64,000 nucleotides of DNA, from contig JAQGDQ010002390.1 of NCBI GenBank assembly GCA_030141605.1, positions 88,945-152,944 of the forward strand. Reading direction: 5' to 3'. The translations under genes and the position numbers were made by a program. Within the stretch, counting starts at the first letter, position 1, and every line of letters begins with the position of its first letter. This stretch comes from Tubiluchus corallicola (lineage: Eukaryota; Animalia; Priapulida). Shown piece after piece: positions 10,607-19,796 of this stretch. Below the pieces are notes generated by a model, which had not been told where the DNA came from, searched no databases, and saw only the letters and a program-made list of their open reading frames with translations.

Positions 10607-11077
10607 ATGAAACGAACATACATTACCACCACACTCACAAGCCTGGTAGCGCTCTTTATGCTCACAGGATGCGAATCAAACACAATCGGTCCCGACGAAT
10701 TCGCCGTATATAGTAGAGAAAAACTGGAAGTTCCAGAAAATTACCACCTTCAACCCCCTACCCCCGGCGCAAAACCCAAAAATTTCTCCGAGCCGGCAAC
10801 ACTCGCTTACGAAACGCTCCTACAAACAAAGCCAAACGAGATCGAGTTTACCTCCCTAACCTCAGGAGAATTTTTCTTTATGCAAAAGGCGAAAACACCT
10901 AAAAGAATCCCCGAAGACCTCCGGAGTGCCATTGATATTGAAAATCAAGAGCTAAAAGAAAAAAATACCTACCTGATTACTTTTTTTATGGAAGACTTCG
11001 GAAAAGCCCTCAACCCCCACGAAGAACAGGAAAGACTGAAAAATCTCGGCTTGCCCGTTCTATTTAGCCAACCCTGA
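10607..11077 (+). CDS. lipoprotein, DUF3035-like
   Basis: Lipobox LTGC, PDEFAV..R..L.VP..Y.L.PP.PG; typical position after lspA. Confidence 0.75.
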   Translation: MKRTYITTTLTSLVALFMLTGCESNTIGPDEFAVYSREKLEVPENYHLQPPTPGAKPKNFSEPATLAYETLLQTKPNEIEFTSLTSGEFFFMQKAKTPKRIPEDLRSAIDIENQELKEKNTYLITFFMEDFGKALNPHEEQERLKNLGLPVLFSQP

Positions 11078-11104
11078 AACATATAATCACATAGCGAAAA
11101 AATC

Positions 11105-11737
11105 ATGATAAAAGCCATCCTGTGGGATATCGATGGAACATTGCTGCTTAGCGAACCGCTCCATTTTGAATCGATTAAACATGTCGCCAACACCCTCTGC
11201 GGTATCGACATCGAACCAGAATACCACGAGCGATTACTTGGAAAAACCATCGATGAAACTTTCCAGCTTCTCCACAAAGAAAAAAATATCCCCCTCACAA
11301 AATTAGAGTGGGTAAAACATAAATATCACTATTATATAACACACAGCCATACAATCCCTCCAAGAGATGACGCTCTGGAAACCTGGGAAAAACTGGACTC
11401 AATGGGAATCAAACAAGCGCTGGTGTCAAACTCCGACAGAGTCGTTGTTACAGCCAATATAGCGGCCATGAAATTAATACAGCCTAAACTTGTCAGCGTC
11501 ACACGAAATGACGTCCTTAACGGAAAACCCGACGCAGAACCCTATTTAAGAGCAAGCTTTCTGCTGGGAATCCCTCCTGAGGAATGCTGCGTTATCGAAG
11601 ATAGCCCCATCGGCGCCCAAGCAGGCATCGCCGCCGGTATGAAAACATTCGGATGGCCAGAAGACAAAACACTGACATTTCCAAAATCCGTTACAGTCAT
11701 TCAGTATATCTCTGAAATTTTTGACTATATTCAGTAA
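11105..11737 (+). CDS. HAD-superfamily phosphatase (beta-PGM/CbbY-like)
   Basis: WDIDGTL, VSNS, GKPDAEPY, IEDSPIG..AGM. Confidence 0.9.
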   Translation: MIKAILWDIDGTLLLSEPLHFESIKHVANTLCGIDIEPEYHERLLGKTIDETFQLLHKEKNIPLTKLEWVKHKYHYYITHSHTIPPRDDALETWEKLDSMGIKQALVSNSDRVVVTANIAAMKLIQPKLVSVTRNDVLNGKPDAEPYLRASFLLGIPPEECCVIEDSPIGAQAGIAAGMKTFGWPEDKTLTFPKSVTVIQYISEIFDYIQ

Positions 11738-11829
11738 ACTCTATATGCTAATGCTTTGGAAAAAGACAAACCCTGCCTTTACGCAGAAAACATAACTCAT
11801 TACAAAACCACAAACAAAAGAGGCTACTT

Positions 11830-13020
11830 ATGGATAATTTTACTTTTCAAAATCCTGTAAAAATTATTTTCGGAAAAGGAGAGATCGCGTCTCTCTCTTC
11901 CGAGATTTCAACGAATGAAACAATCCTCCTAACCTATGGCGGCGGAAGTATTTTTAAAAACGGCGTCATGGATCAAACCCGCGCCGCCCTTAAAAATCAC
12001 ACAGTCATCGAATTTGGCGGCATCGAGCCAAACCCTCAATTTTCCACACTGATGAAAGCTGTGAAAATCGCCCAGGAAAAAAAATGCACCTTCCTTCTCG
12101 CGGTCGGCGGAGGCTCTGTCCTGGACGGAACAAAATTCATCGCAGCAGCAATCAACGCCCAAGGAGATCCATGGGATATCGTCGTTAATCAAGCCCCTGT
12201 TAACAACCCTCTGCCTATCGGCGCTATCCTGACACTACCGGCAACAGGATCAGAAATGAACGGAAATTCCGTCGTTTCACGCAAAGAAACAAACGATAAA
12301 CGCGCCTTTAGCAACCCTTCTCTCTATCCTGCCTTTTCAATATTGGACCCCGAGACAACCACTTCTCTCCCGCCAGTACAAACCGCAAACGGCATCGTCG
12401 ACGCATTCGTCCATATTACAGAACAGTATCTTACCTATCCGCAAAACGCTCCCGTGCAGGATCGTATGGCGGAAGGACTCCTGAAAACACTTATCGAAGA
12501 AGGGCCGAAAGCCCTCCAAAACCCAAACGACTATACCGCTAGAGCCAACGTCATGTGGGCCGCGACAATGGCTCTTAATGGACTCCTTAGCCTAGGAGTG
12601 GTCACCGATTGGGCTTCCCATATGCTCGGCCATGAAATCACCGCCGAATACGGCCTTGACCACGGACAAACACTCGCTATCCTCCTGCCCGCCGTCATGC
12701 AAGCGCGAAAAGAACGGAAAAAAGACAAAATCCTACAATATGCCGAGCGCGTCTGGAATATTACAGAAGGGGACGAAAATACACGCATCAATACAGCTAT
12801 CGCAAAAACAATAACCTTCTTTGAAAGCCTCAATATGCCAGCCTCCCTACAAGCGTATAACCTTCCGGAAAATTGTATCGAGCAACTATGTGAACGAATC
12901 ACGCAACGGAACATGAACGCCCTTGGGGAAAACGGGGAAATCACCCTGGACATCAGCCGGAAAATCTACCAAACCGCCTGGGAAAATAACGCCTGCCAAA
13001 CTATCACAATGGCATCATAA
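11830..13020 (+). CDS. yqhD: NADPH-dependent aldehyde reductase, iron-containing ADH family (copy 1)
   Basis: TYGGGS, GGIEPNP, GGGSVLDGTK, PATGSEMN; metal ligands DAFVH, SHMLGH, DHGQT. Confidence 0.9.
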   Translation: MDNFTFQNPVKIIFGKGEIASLSSEISTNETILLTYGGGSIFKNGVMDQTRAALKNHTVIEFGGIEPNPQFSTLMKAVKIAQEKKCTFLLAVGGGSVLDGTKFIAAAINAQGDPWDIVVNQAPVNNPLPIGAILTLPATGSEMNGNSVVSRKETNDKRAFSNPSLYPAFSILDPETTTSLPPVQTANGIVDAFVHITEQYLTYPQNAPVQDRMAEGLLKTLIEEGPKALQNPNDYTARANVMWAATMALNGLLSLGVVTDWASHMLGHEITAEYGLDHGQTLAILLPAVMQARKERKKDKILQYAERVWNITEGDENTRINTAIAKTITFFESLNMPASLQAYNLPENCIEQLCERITQRNMNALGENGEITLDISRKIYQTAWENNACQTITMAS

Positions 13021-13037
13021 AACAAACCTCTATGGAT

Positions 13038-13075
13038 AAATAGAGAGAAACAAAATAACCGTTTTCTCTCTATTT
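13038..13075 (+). terminator. hairpin/terminator between the two yqhD copies
   Basis: AAATAGAGAGAAA...TTTCTCTCTATTT inverted repeat followed by a T-rich tract. Confidence 0.6.
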
Positions 13076-13157
13076 TATTTCTCTGAAAATAATAAAAATT
13101 ATACGCCATCATAATGGCCATAAAATAACCACTTAATTGATAACATGGAGAAAAATT

Positions 13158-14315
13158 ATGGATAATTTTACTTTTCAAAATCCTGTAAAAATTATCTTCG
13201 GAAAAGGGAAAATCGCTTCCCTCTCTTCTGAAATTCCCAAGGATGAAAAAATCTTCCTTACCTACGGAGGCGGCAGTATTTTTAAAAATGGCGTTATGGA
13301 TCAAGTCAAAGACGCTTTAAAAAACCATACGGTGATCGAATTCGGCGGTATTGAACCTAATCCACAATACGCAACCCTGATGAAAGCCGTCTCCCGTGTG
13401 CGTGAAGAAAAATGTACCTTCCTTCTCGCGGTCGGCGGGGGATCCGTCCTAGACGGAACAAAATTCATCGCCGCAGCCACCCCCTTTCAGGGAGATGACC
13501 CATGGAATATTATCGCTAAAAGAATTCCTATCGATACAGCCCTTCCTATCGGTACTGTGCTCACCCTTCCAGCAACAGGATCAGAAATGAACCCAGGAGC
13601 CGTTATCTCCCGCGAGGATACAGGTGATAAAAGCGGCTTTAGAAGCCCTCTTCTCTATCCAAAATTCTCCATCTTAGATCCGGAGACGACCTTTTCCCTG
13701 CCTCCTGTGCAAACCGCAAACGGTATTATTGACGCTTTCTTACACGTCACAGAACAATATCTCACCTACCCGCAAAACGCTCCCGTACAAGATCGTATAG
13801 CGGAAGGGCTGCTGCAAACACTGATCGAAGAAGGGCCAAAAGCCCTTAACACTCCCCAAGATTACACCGCTAGAGCCAATATCATGTGGGCCGCGACAAT
13901 GGCTCTTAACGGAATTATTGGCGCCGGCGTCACATCAGATGGAGTCTCTCATGTCCTCGGACACCAAATCACAGCCGAATATGGACTTGACCACGGACAA
14001 ACACTCGCTATCCTCCTACCCGCCGTCATGCAGGTGCGGCAAAAACAGAAAAAAGAAAAAATTCTGCAATACGCCGAGCGAGTCTGGAATATTACAGAAG
14101 GTGACGAAAATACACGCATCTATACAGCTATTGAAAAAACAAAACTATTCTTTGAAAGCCTGAATATGCCAACATCCCTTCAAGCCTATAATCTTCCGGA
14201 AAATTGCGTCGACATACTCTATGGGCGCATTGTCGCAAAAAATAAAAACGCACTCGGCGAAAAAAAAGATATTACACCAGATATCAGTAAAGAAATTTAC
14301 CAAACAGCTTATTAA
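13158..14315 (+). CDS. yqhD: NADPH-dependent aldehyde reductase, iron-containing ADH family (copy 2)
   Basis: Tandem paralog of 11830-13020 with the same N-terminus MDNFTFQNPVKIIFGKG. GGAG precedes ATG 13158. Confidence 0.9.
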   Translation: MDNFTFQNPVKIIFGKGKIASLSSEIPKDEKIFLTYGGGSIFKNGVMDQVKDALKNHTVIEFGGIEPNPQYATLMKAVSRVREEKCTFLLAVGGGSVLDGTKFIAAATPFQGDDPWNIIAKRIPIDTALPIGTVLTLPATGSEMNPGAVISREDTGDKSGFRSPLLYPKFSILDPETTFSLPPVQTANGIIDAFLHVTEQYLTYPQNAPVQDRIAEGLLQTLIEEGPKALNTPQDYTARANIMWAATMALNGIIGAGVTSDGVSHVLGHQITAEYGLDHGQTLAILLPAVMQVRQKQKKEKILQYAERVWNITEGDENTRIYTAIEKTKLFFESLNMPTSLQAYNLPENCVDILYGRIVAKNKNALGEKKDITPDISKEIYQTAY

Positions 14316-14325
14316 CAAAATCTCA

Positions 14326-14359
14326 ATAATGCCACGCGCCTACAATAGCGTGGCATTAT
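14326..14359. terminator. probable bidirectional terminator
   Basis: ATAATGCCACGC-loop-GCGTGGCATTAT between convergent yqhD2 and rne. Confidence 0.7.
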
Positions 14360-14394
14360 CATTAATAAAATAATCACTTACACAAGACGCGTAA

Positions 14395-16986
14395 CTAGAT
14401 ACTTTTCTGCCACCAACCTTTACGCGGTTTCTCCGGCGTAGATTCTTCCAAGGGGCGGCTTTCCTCTTGTGGCACTTTATCCTTCACTTTTTTCCCCGCG
14501 GGAGTATCCGCCGCCTTCTTGGCCTTCGTCTTTTTCTTCGCGGGAGTATCCGCCGCCTTCTTAGGCTCTACCGTCTTTTTCTCCGCAGGAGTATCCGCCG
14601 CCTTCTTAGGCTCTACCGTCTTTTTCTCTGCAGGAGCATCCACCGTCTTCTTAGGCTCTGCGGCCTTAGCCATTTTTTTACTTTTTGTATCTTTCTGTTT
14701 TGTCTTTTTCTGACGTGGCGAGTCTTTCTTATCTTCCTCTTTTACAGTCGCTTCAGAAACCACTTCTTTCTTCTTCTTTTGCCTTGCTTTCTTAGGTCTT
14801 CCCGGCAATGCCGCCGCAAGCTCGGACTTCAACGTTTCCTTAGGCGAGAGGGGCTTTTCTTTCTGTACTACTGGCTCCACCGGTTCTTCCACCGTCTGCC
14901 AAGAAATATTTTCCATACTCGCAGCAAAAACCTCTTCTGTTAAAACAGAGGAGCCTTTCTCTTCCACAGCCGACTGTTGAGCGGGCGCAGATTCGGAAAT
15001 CAGCTTTTGAGCGGGCGCAGATTCGGAAATCAACTTTTGAGCGGGCGCAGAAGTCGCTTCAGCAGAAGCTTCCCGCTTCTCTTTTACAGAATTATCAGAC
15101 TGCTGCGAATTTTTCTCGGAAACCGCGGATTCCTCCATCGTTTTATCATTGCGCACTTTCTTTTTATGATCACGCTTGCCTTGCTCTTTCTGGCGTCCAC
15201 GTCGACGTTGAGAGGAGGATCTTGACTTTCTTCCCTCCGCCCTGTCTTCAGAAGAAGTCTCCTCTAGCGAAGCGTCAGAAGGGCTCTTCTCTGAAGAAGC
15301 AGGAGCATTCTCATTATCTTTTTCCTGTCCATTCTTTTCCTGCCCATTTTCAAAAGACACGGCATCCTGATCTTTATTCTCATCCTGCCGTACACACTCA
15401 ACTTCATACTGAGCCCCTAAAATATCCGGCGCGGCAAAAATATAAATCTTCACACTATAATGCTCTTCAAGTCGAGATAAATAAACACGCTTGTAATTTA
15501 AAAGATAAACCGCCAACTCCGCAGAAGTCTTCACAGAGCAAATTTGCCCTTTCTCGTACGATTTCAGCTCCTGCTCTAAAAAACGCAGCATATCAAGAGC
15601 CGCCGTCTCTACAGAACGAATAGCACCCGCCCCCTGACAACAGGGGCAAGACCGCCAAGCCGCCTCCAAAACATTCGGACGTAAACGCTGGCGCGATAAC
15701 TCCAGTAAACCAAACGAACTAATCGCGCCAATCTGAATCTTCGAACGATCCTCCTTCATCGCCTCCCGCAGCCGACGCTCTACCAGATTACGATTCCGCA
15801 CCAAATCCATATCAATAAAATCAATCACAACCAATCCCGCTAAATCTCGCAAACGAAGCTGGCGCGCGATTTCATCCGCCGCCTCAAGATTTGTGCGAAG
15901 TGCCGTCTCCTCAATCCCTTTCTCACGCGTTCCCTTGCCAGAATTAACATCAATAGAAACAAGAGCTTCCGTCGGATTGAGAACAATACTCCCTCCCGAC
16001 GGCAACATAACATGAGGAGAGACTGTCTTTTGCAACGTCTCCTCAATATCATAATGGGCAAATAAAGAAGGAGGCCCATTGTAAAGAGAAATCTTCTTCG
16101 CATGAGAAGGCATCAAAATACGCATGAAATCCTTCGCTACACGGAAAGCGGACTCACCCTCCACTAAAATCTCATCAATATCACGGCTGTAAAGATCTCG
16201 AATTGCCCTCTTTAATAAATTGGCCTCCTCATATAATAAAGCCGGGCCAACAACCTCTAACGCCTCTTTTCGCAAACTATTCCAAAGATTAGCCAAATAC
16301 TCATAATCACGGAAAATCTCCAGCCGACTTCGATGCGCCCCCGCTGTCCGAACAATAACAGCCATTCCTTCAGGAACATCCAAACCCCCTAAAACACTAC
16401 GAAGACGACGGCGATCATTCCCTTGCATAATCTTACGGGAAACCCCTCCGCCATACAGAGAATTCGGCATAAAAACACAAAAACGACCCGCAAGCGATAA
16501 ATAGGTTGTCAACGCCGCTCCCTTATTCCCTCGCTCCTCCCTAACAACTTGCACAAGAAGACATTGACGACGGCGAAGTACACGCTGCATACTATAACGC
16601 TGCCAAAATAGCAACTTGCTCTGAGAGTCCGACTCCTCTTCCTGATCAGAATCCCACTCCTCAAAATCATCACCATCCTGCGATCGTTGAGATCTCTTCT
16701 TCCGAATCTCATTGTAAATCTCCATCCGCTCGGAGGAGGAAATATGATAATAATCCGGATGAACCTCCGAAAACGGAAGAAAACCATGCCGACCATCCTC
16801 ATAACTGACAAATACAGCCTGAAGCGAAGGCTCTATACGCGCGATACGCGCTATATATATATTCCCTTTTAAACGACGACGATTGCGAATCTCAACATCA
16901 TAATCATCTATCCGAGAACCTGCTGAGATCACAACCCTCATTTCCTCAGAGTGCGACGCATCAATCAGCATCTTCTTATTGACCAT
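14395..16986 (-). CDS. rne: ribonuclease E
   Basis: GNIYIA..IEPSLQAVF, GFLPFSEVHPDYY, SIDVNSG, DLAGLVVIDFIDM, Zn-link CPCC, disordered C-terminus ending RKGWWQK. Confidence 0.96.
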   Translation of the reverse strand: MVNKKMLIDASHSEEMRVVISAGSRIDDYDVEIRNRRRLKGNIYIARIARIEPSLQAVFVSYEDGRHGFLPFSEVHPDYYHISSSERMEIYNEIRKKRSQRSQDGDDFEEWDSDQEEESDSQSKLLFWQRYSMQRVLRRRQCLLVQVVREERGNKGAALTTYLSLAGRFCVFMPNSLYGGGVSRKIMQGNDRRRLRSVLGGLDVPEGMAVIVRTAGAHRSRLEIFRDYEYLANLWNSLRKEALEVVGPALLYEEANLLKRAIRDLYSRDIDEILVEGESAFRVAKDFMRILMPSHAKKISLYNGPPSLFAHYDIEETLQKTVSPHVMLPSGGSIVLNPTEALVSIDVNSGKGTREKGIEETALRTNLEAADEIARQLRLRDLAGLVVIDFIDMDLVRNRNLVERRLREAMKEDRSKIQIGAISSFGLLELSRQRLRPNVLEAAWRSCPCCQGAGAIRSVETAALDMLRFLEQELKSYEKGQICSVKTSAELAVYLLNYKRVYLSRLEEHYSVKIYIFAAPDILGAQYEVECVRQDENKDQDAVSFENGQEKNGQEKDNENAPASSEKSPSDASLEETSSEDRAEGRKSRSSSQRRRGRQKEQGKRDHKKKVRNDKTMEESAVSEKNSQQSDNSVKEKREASAEATSAPAQKLISESAPAQKLISESAPAQQSAVEEKGSSVLTEEVFAASMENISWQTVEEPVEPVVQKEKPLSPKETLKSELAAALPGRPKKARQKKKKEVVSEATVKEEDKKDSPRQKKTKQKDTKSKKMAKAAEPKKTVDAPAEKKTVEPKKAADTPAEKKTVEPKKAADTPAKKKTKAKKAADTPAGKKVKDKVPQEESRPLEESTPEKPRKGWWQKSI
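14497..14660 (-). repeat. 42-45 bp tandem repeat (~3.5 copies) within rne
   Basis: Repeated GGAGTATCCGCCGCCTTCTT(AGGCTCTACCGTCTTTTT) on the + strand, encoding KKTVEPKKAADTPAE. Confidence 0.9.
14977..15051 (-). repeat. 30 bp tandem repeat (2.5 copies) within rne
   Basis: TTGAGCGGGCGCAGATTCGGAAATCA(G/A)CTT repeated, encoding SAPAQKLISE. Confidence 0.9.
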
Positions 16987-17165
16987 TTATTAAAAAACTC
17001 CAAATTCTTTCGCTCTGGCCACATCGTCAGGCACTACACCCTAAAATTAACAAAACGCAACCAGGAAAATTCCTTAACTTTTTCTATAACCTACTTTTCA
17101 AAAAGGCTTTCATCTTATTTTTTTTCTCAGAAAATAAACCCATACCTAATAGTAAATAAAAACTA

Positions 17166-17181
17166 TTAAAATATATTTAAC
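17166..17181 (+). promoter_or_regulatory. possible CtrA box in rne/amiC intergenic region
   Basis: TTAA-AATATAT-TTAAC matches TTAA-N7-TTAAC. The region is very AT-rich, so a chance match is possible. Confidence 0.35.
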
Positions 17182-17390
17182 CGATAAAGCCTTAACACTA
17201 TTAAAAATATCTCTCTTTAATCCATTATCCCTATAAATGAATTTCCTCTTATAATAATCAATTCAACCATATAACTCTTTAATAAAAGTATCTTTAGAAA
17301 ATAATATATGCTATTAATTTTCTCTTATAGATATAACTATAATATAATATCTAAATTATTTATAAACCTAAACATCAGTAAAAATTTATC

Positions 17391-18710
17391 GTGGCTATAC
17401 AATATAAAAAACTCATTACTTATATTTATTATATAATTTTCTATTTTTATAGCATTATTTTCCTATGCATGATCGCTCCCGCGGCAGCATACCCCACATC
17501 ATCTGAAGGGGAAATTCTCTCAATCCGCACAGGTATACCAGAAAAAAATGTTTCCCGTATCGTCTTTGAAACGAATTACGTCCCTTCTTTTCTCTTTTCC
17601 TTTGACCATAAAAACCACGCTCTGAAAATTCATCTTCCTGACAAAAAAAATAACGCTCTCGCTAATATAACGCGTGAACAGTTTGGTGTCATTAAAAAAC
17701 TCTCTTACGATAAAAATAAGAATATAATTGAAATCTCTTTTAATGGACCTATCATCATCACGCGACATTTCGTCTTATTTCCATCCATTGATTCCCCACA
17801 CCATCGATTCATAATCGATTTTCAAAAAACAGCCCCTCAAATATGGAACAGCTATAGCTCGGAGATCATCTTTGGCGATCAATGGCACAAAAATTCCTTT
17901 GAAAAAACAGCCGCGCTTAAAAATTTGGAAAACCTCATCCAACGCCTAAACGCAATCGAAAGCAGTCGACCCACAGATTATCCTCTACCAGCACCTCCTG
18001 TTGAAAGGCCTTATATCCCCATTGTCGTTATCGACCCAGGACACGGAGGAAGAGACCCAGGCGCCATTTCAGGCCATACGCAAGAAAAAAATATTACCCT
18101 GAACGTCTCCCATAAAATCGCTAACGAACTCTTACAAACAAATAAAATAACCGCCTATCTCACACGAACAAAAGATCAAACTAAAAAACTCAAAGAACGT
18201 ATAGAATTCGCCCGAGAAAAAAAAGCAGACCTGTTTATCTCCATCCACGCTGACAAAAATCCCGTGCAAAATCTACACGGATTCTCTGTCTATACCCTCT
18301 CAAAAGACGCTTCGGATAAAGAAGCACAAGCCCTGGCAGAACGCGAAAACACCGTCGACTTCATCGACGATATCTCTATAGAACAAGACGATCAAGAGCT
18401 ATCAGAACTCTTCTTTGACCTCATACGAACACAAACACAAAAAGAATCCCTCCAAGCAGCACGGAATATTATTCAAGACCTCAAAAAATACAGCGAACCA
18501 ATCAACACCCCACAACGATCCGCTAATTTCGCCGTTCTAAGATCTCCTGAAATTCCCTCTGTCCTTGTAGAAATCGGCTTTCTGTCCAATAAAGAAGATC
18601 AGCGAAAACTCTCCACCAGAATCTACCAGCAAGCGATCGCTAAAGGAATAGCAGACGGAATCATCTCCTATCTGGAAGAAATCAACCTCTTTCCTCTCAC
18701 AATCCACTAA
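17391..18710 (+). CDS. amiC: N-acetylmuramoyl-L-alanine amidase (Amidase_3, with AMIN-like domain)
   Basis: VIDPGHGGRDPGA, ADLFISIHAD, FAVLRSPEIPSVLVEIGFLSN; signal-like N-terminus; start uncertain. Confidence 0.9.
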   Translation: MAIQYKKLITYIYYIIFYFYSIIFLCMIAPAAAYPTSSEGEILSIRTGIPEKNVSRIVFETNYVPSFLFSFDHKNHALKIHLPDKKNNALANITREQFGVIKKLSYDKNKNIIEISFNGPIIITRHFVLFPSIDSPHHRFIIDFQKTAPQIWNSYSSEIIFGDQWHKNSFEKTAALKNLENLIQRLNAIESSRPTDYPLPAPPVERPYIPIVVIDPGHGGRDPGAISGHTQEKNITLNVSHKIANELLQTNKITAYLTRTKDQTKKLKERIEFAREKKADLFISIHADKNPVQNLHGFSVYTLSKDASDKEAQALAERENTVDFIDDISIEQDDQELSELFFDLIRTQTQKESLQAARNIIQDLKKYSEPINTPQRSANFAVLRSPEIPSVLVEIGFLSNKEDQRKLSTRIYQQAIAKGIADGIISYLEEINLFPLTIH

Positions 18711-18837
18711 TCCTCCCTTTTCAGCTTTCTCCCGCCGACAGCTCTTCTCATAGCGCAAAAATAAACTGGACGGTCTATAAAGAACCCTGTATTATGCTCA
18801 TAATCAGTCAAAACAGCTTAATTCATAAGGAATAAAC

Positions 18838-19782
18838 ATGAAAATCGTTGCTTGTAACAGTAATCAACCCCTGGCGGAAGATATCGCAGCTTACCTGAAT
18901 ATGCCCCTTACAAAAACAAGTATACGCCGCTTCTCTGATATGGAAGTCTTTGTGGAAATCCATGAAAATGTGCGCGGAGAAGACGTTTTTGTCATCCAAT
19001 CAACCTCCTACCCCGCAAACGATAACCTTATGGAACTCCTTGTTACCTTAGACGCCCTTAAACGAGGATCCGCAAAACGCATCACCGCTGTTATTCCTTA
19101 CTTCGGATACGCTAGGCAGGATAGAAAATCCGCCCCTCGATCCCCAATCTCCGCAAAACTTGTCGCCAACCTCATTACAACCGCAGGCGCAAGCCGCGTT
19201 TTGACAATCGATCTCCATGCCGGCCAAATTCAAGGGTTTTTTGATATCCCTCTGGACAATCTCTATGGCGGCCTTATCTTCACAAGAAATATCCGCGCCA
19301 ATTTCGATGAGAATAAATTTATCATCATTTCCCCAGACGTCGGAGGTGTCGTGCGTGCACGAACACTCGCTAGACGCTTGCGCGCCGACCTGGCCATCAT
19401 CGATAAACGACGAGAACAAGCCGGTATCTCCGAGGTCATGAATATCATCGGTGATATAAAAGAAAAAGATTGTATCCTTATTGACGATATCGCCGATTCC
19501 GCAGGAACCTTATGCAACGCCGCAGAAGCCCTTATGGATGAGGGTGCCCGCTCTGTACACGCCTATGTAACACACGGCGTCCTTTCCGGCGGTGCCATCG
19601 CGCGTATCGATGCCTCCCCTTTAAAAACATTCATCACGACAGATACTATTCGAGCCACACAAGCCCTAAAAGCATCTCCAAACATTCAACAGCTTTCCGT
19701 CGCTTCTCTCATGGCCGAAGCTATCGATCGAATCCACTCGGAAACATCCGTCTCCTGCCTTTTTGAAGAAGCGTTAAATTAA
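18838..19782 (+). CDS. prs: ribose-phosphate pyrophosphokinase
   Basis: [39 protein letters not shown]. Confidence 0.98.
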   Translation: MKIVACNSNQPLAEDIAAYLNMPLTKTSIRRFSDMEVFVEIHENVRGEDVFVIQSTSYPANDNLMELLVTLDALKRGSAKRITAVIPYFGYARQDRKSAPRSPISAKLVANLITTAGASRVLTIDLHAGQIQGFFDIPLDNLYGGLIFTRNIRANFDENKFIIISPDVGGVVRARTLARRLRADLAIIDKRREQAGISEVMNIIGDIKEKDCILIDDIADSAGTLCNAAEALMDEGARSVHAYVTHGVLSGGAIARIDASPLKTFITTDTIRATQALKASPNIQQLSVASLMAEAIDRIHSETSVSCLFEEALN

Positions 19783-19796
19783 ACTATAGAAAATCA

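Noticed and set aside
14497-15051. Repeats as a CRISPR array
   Set aside because: In-frame tandem coding repeats with no unique spacers and no cas genes.
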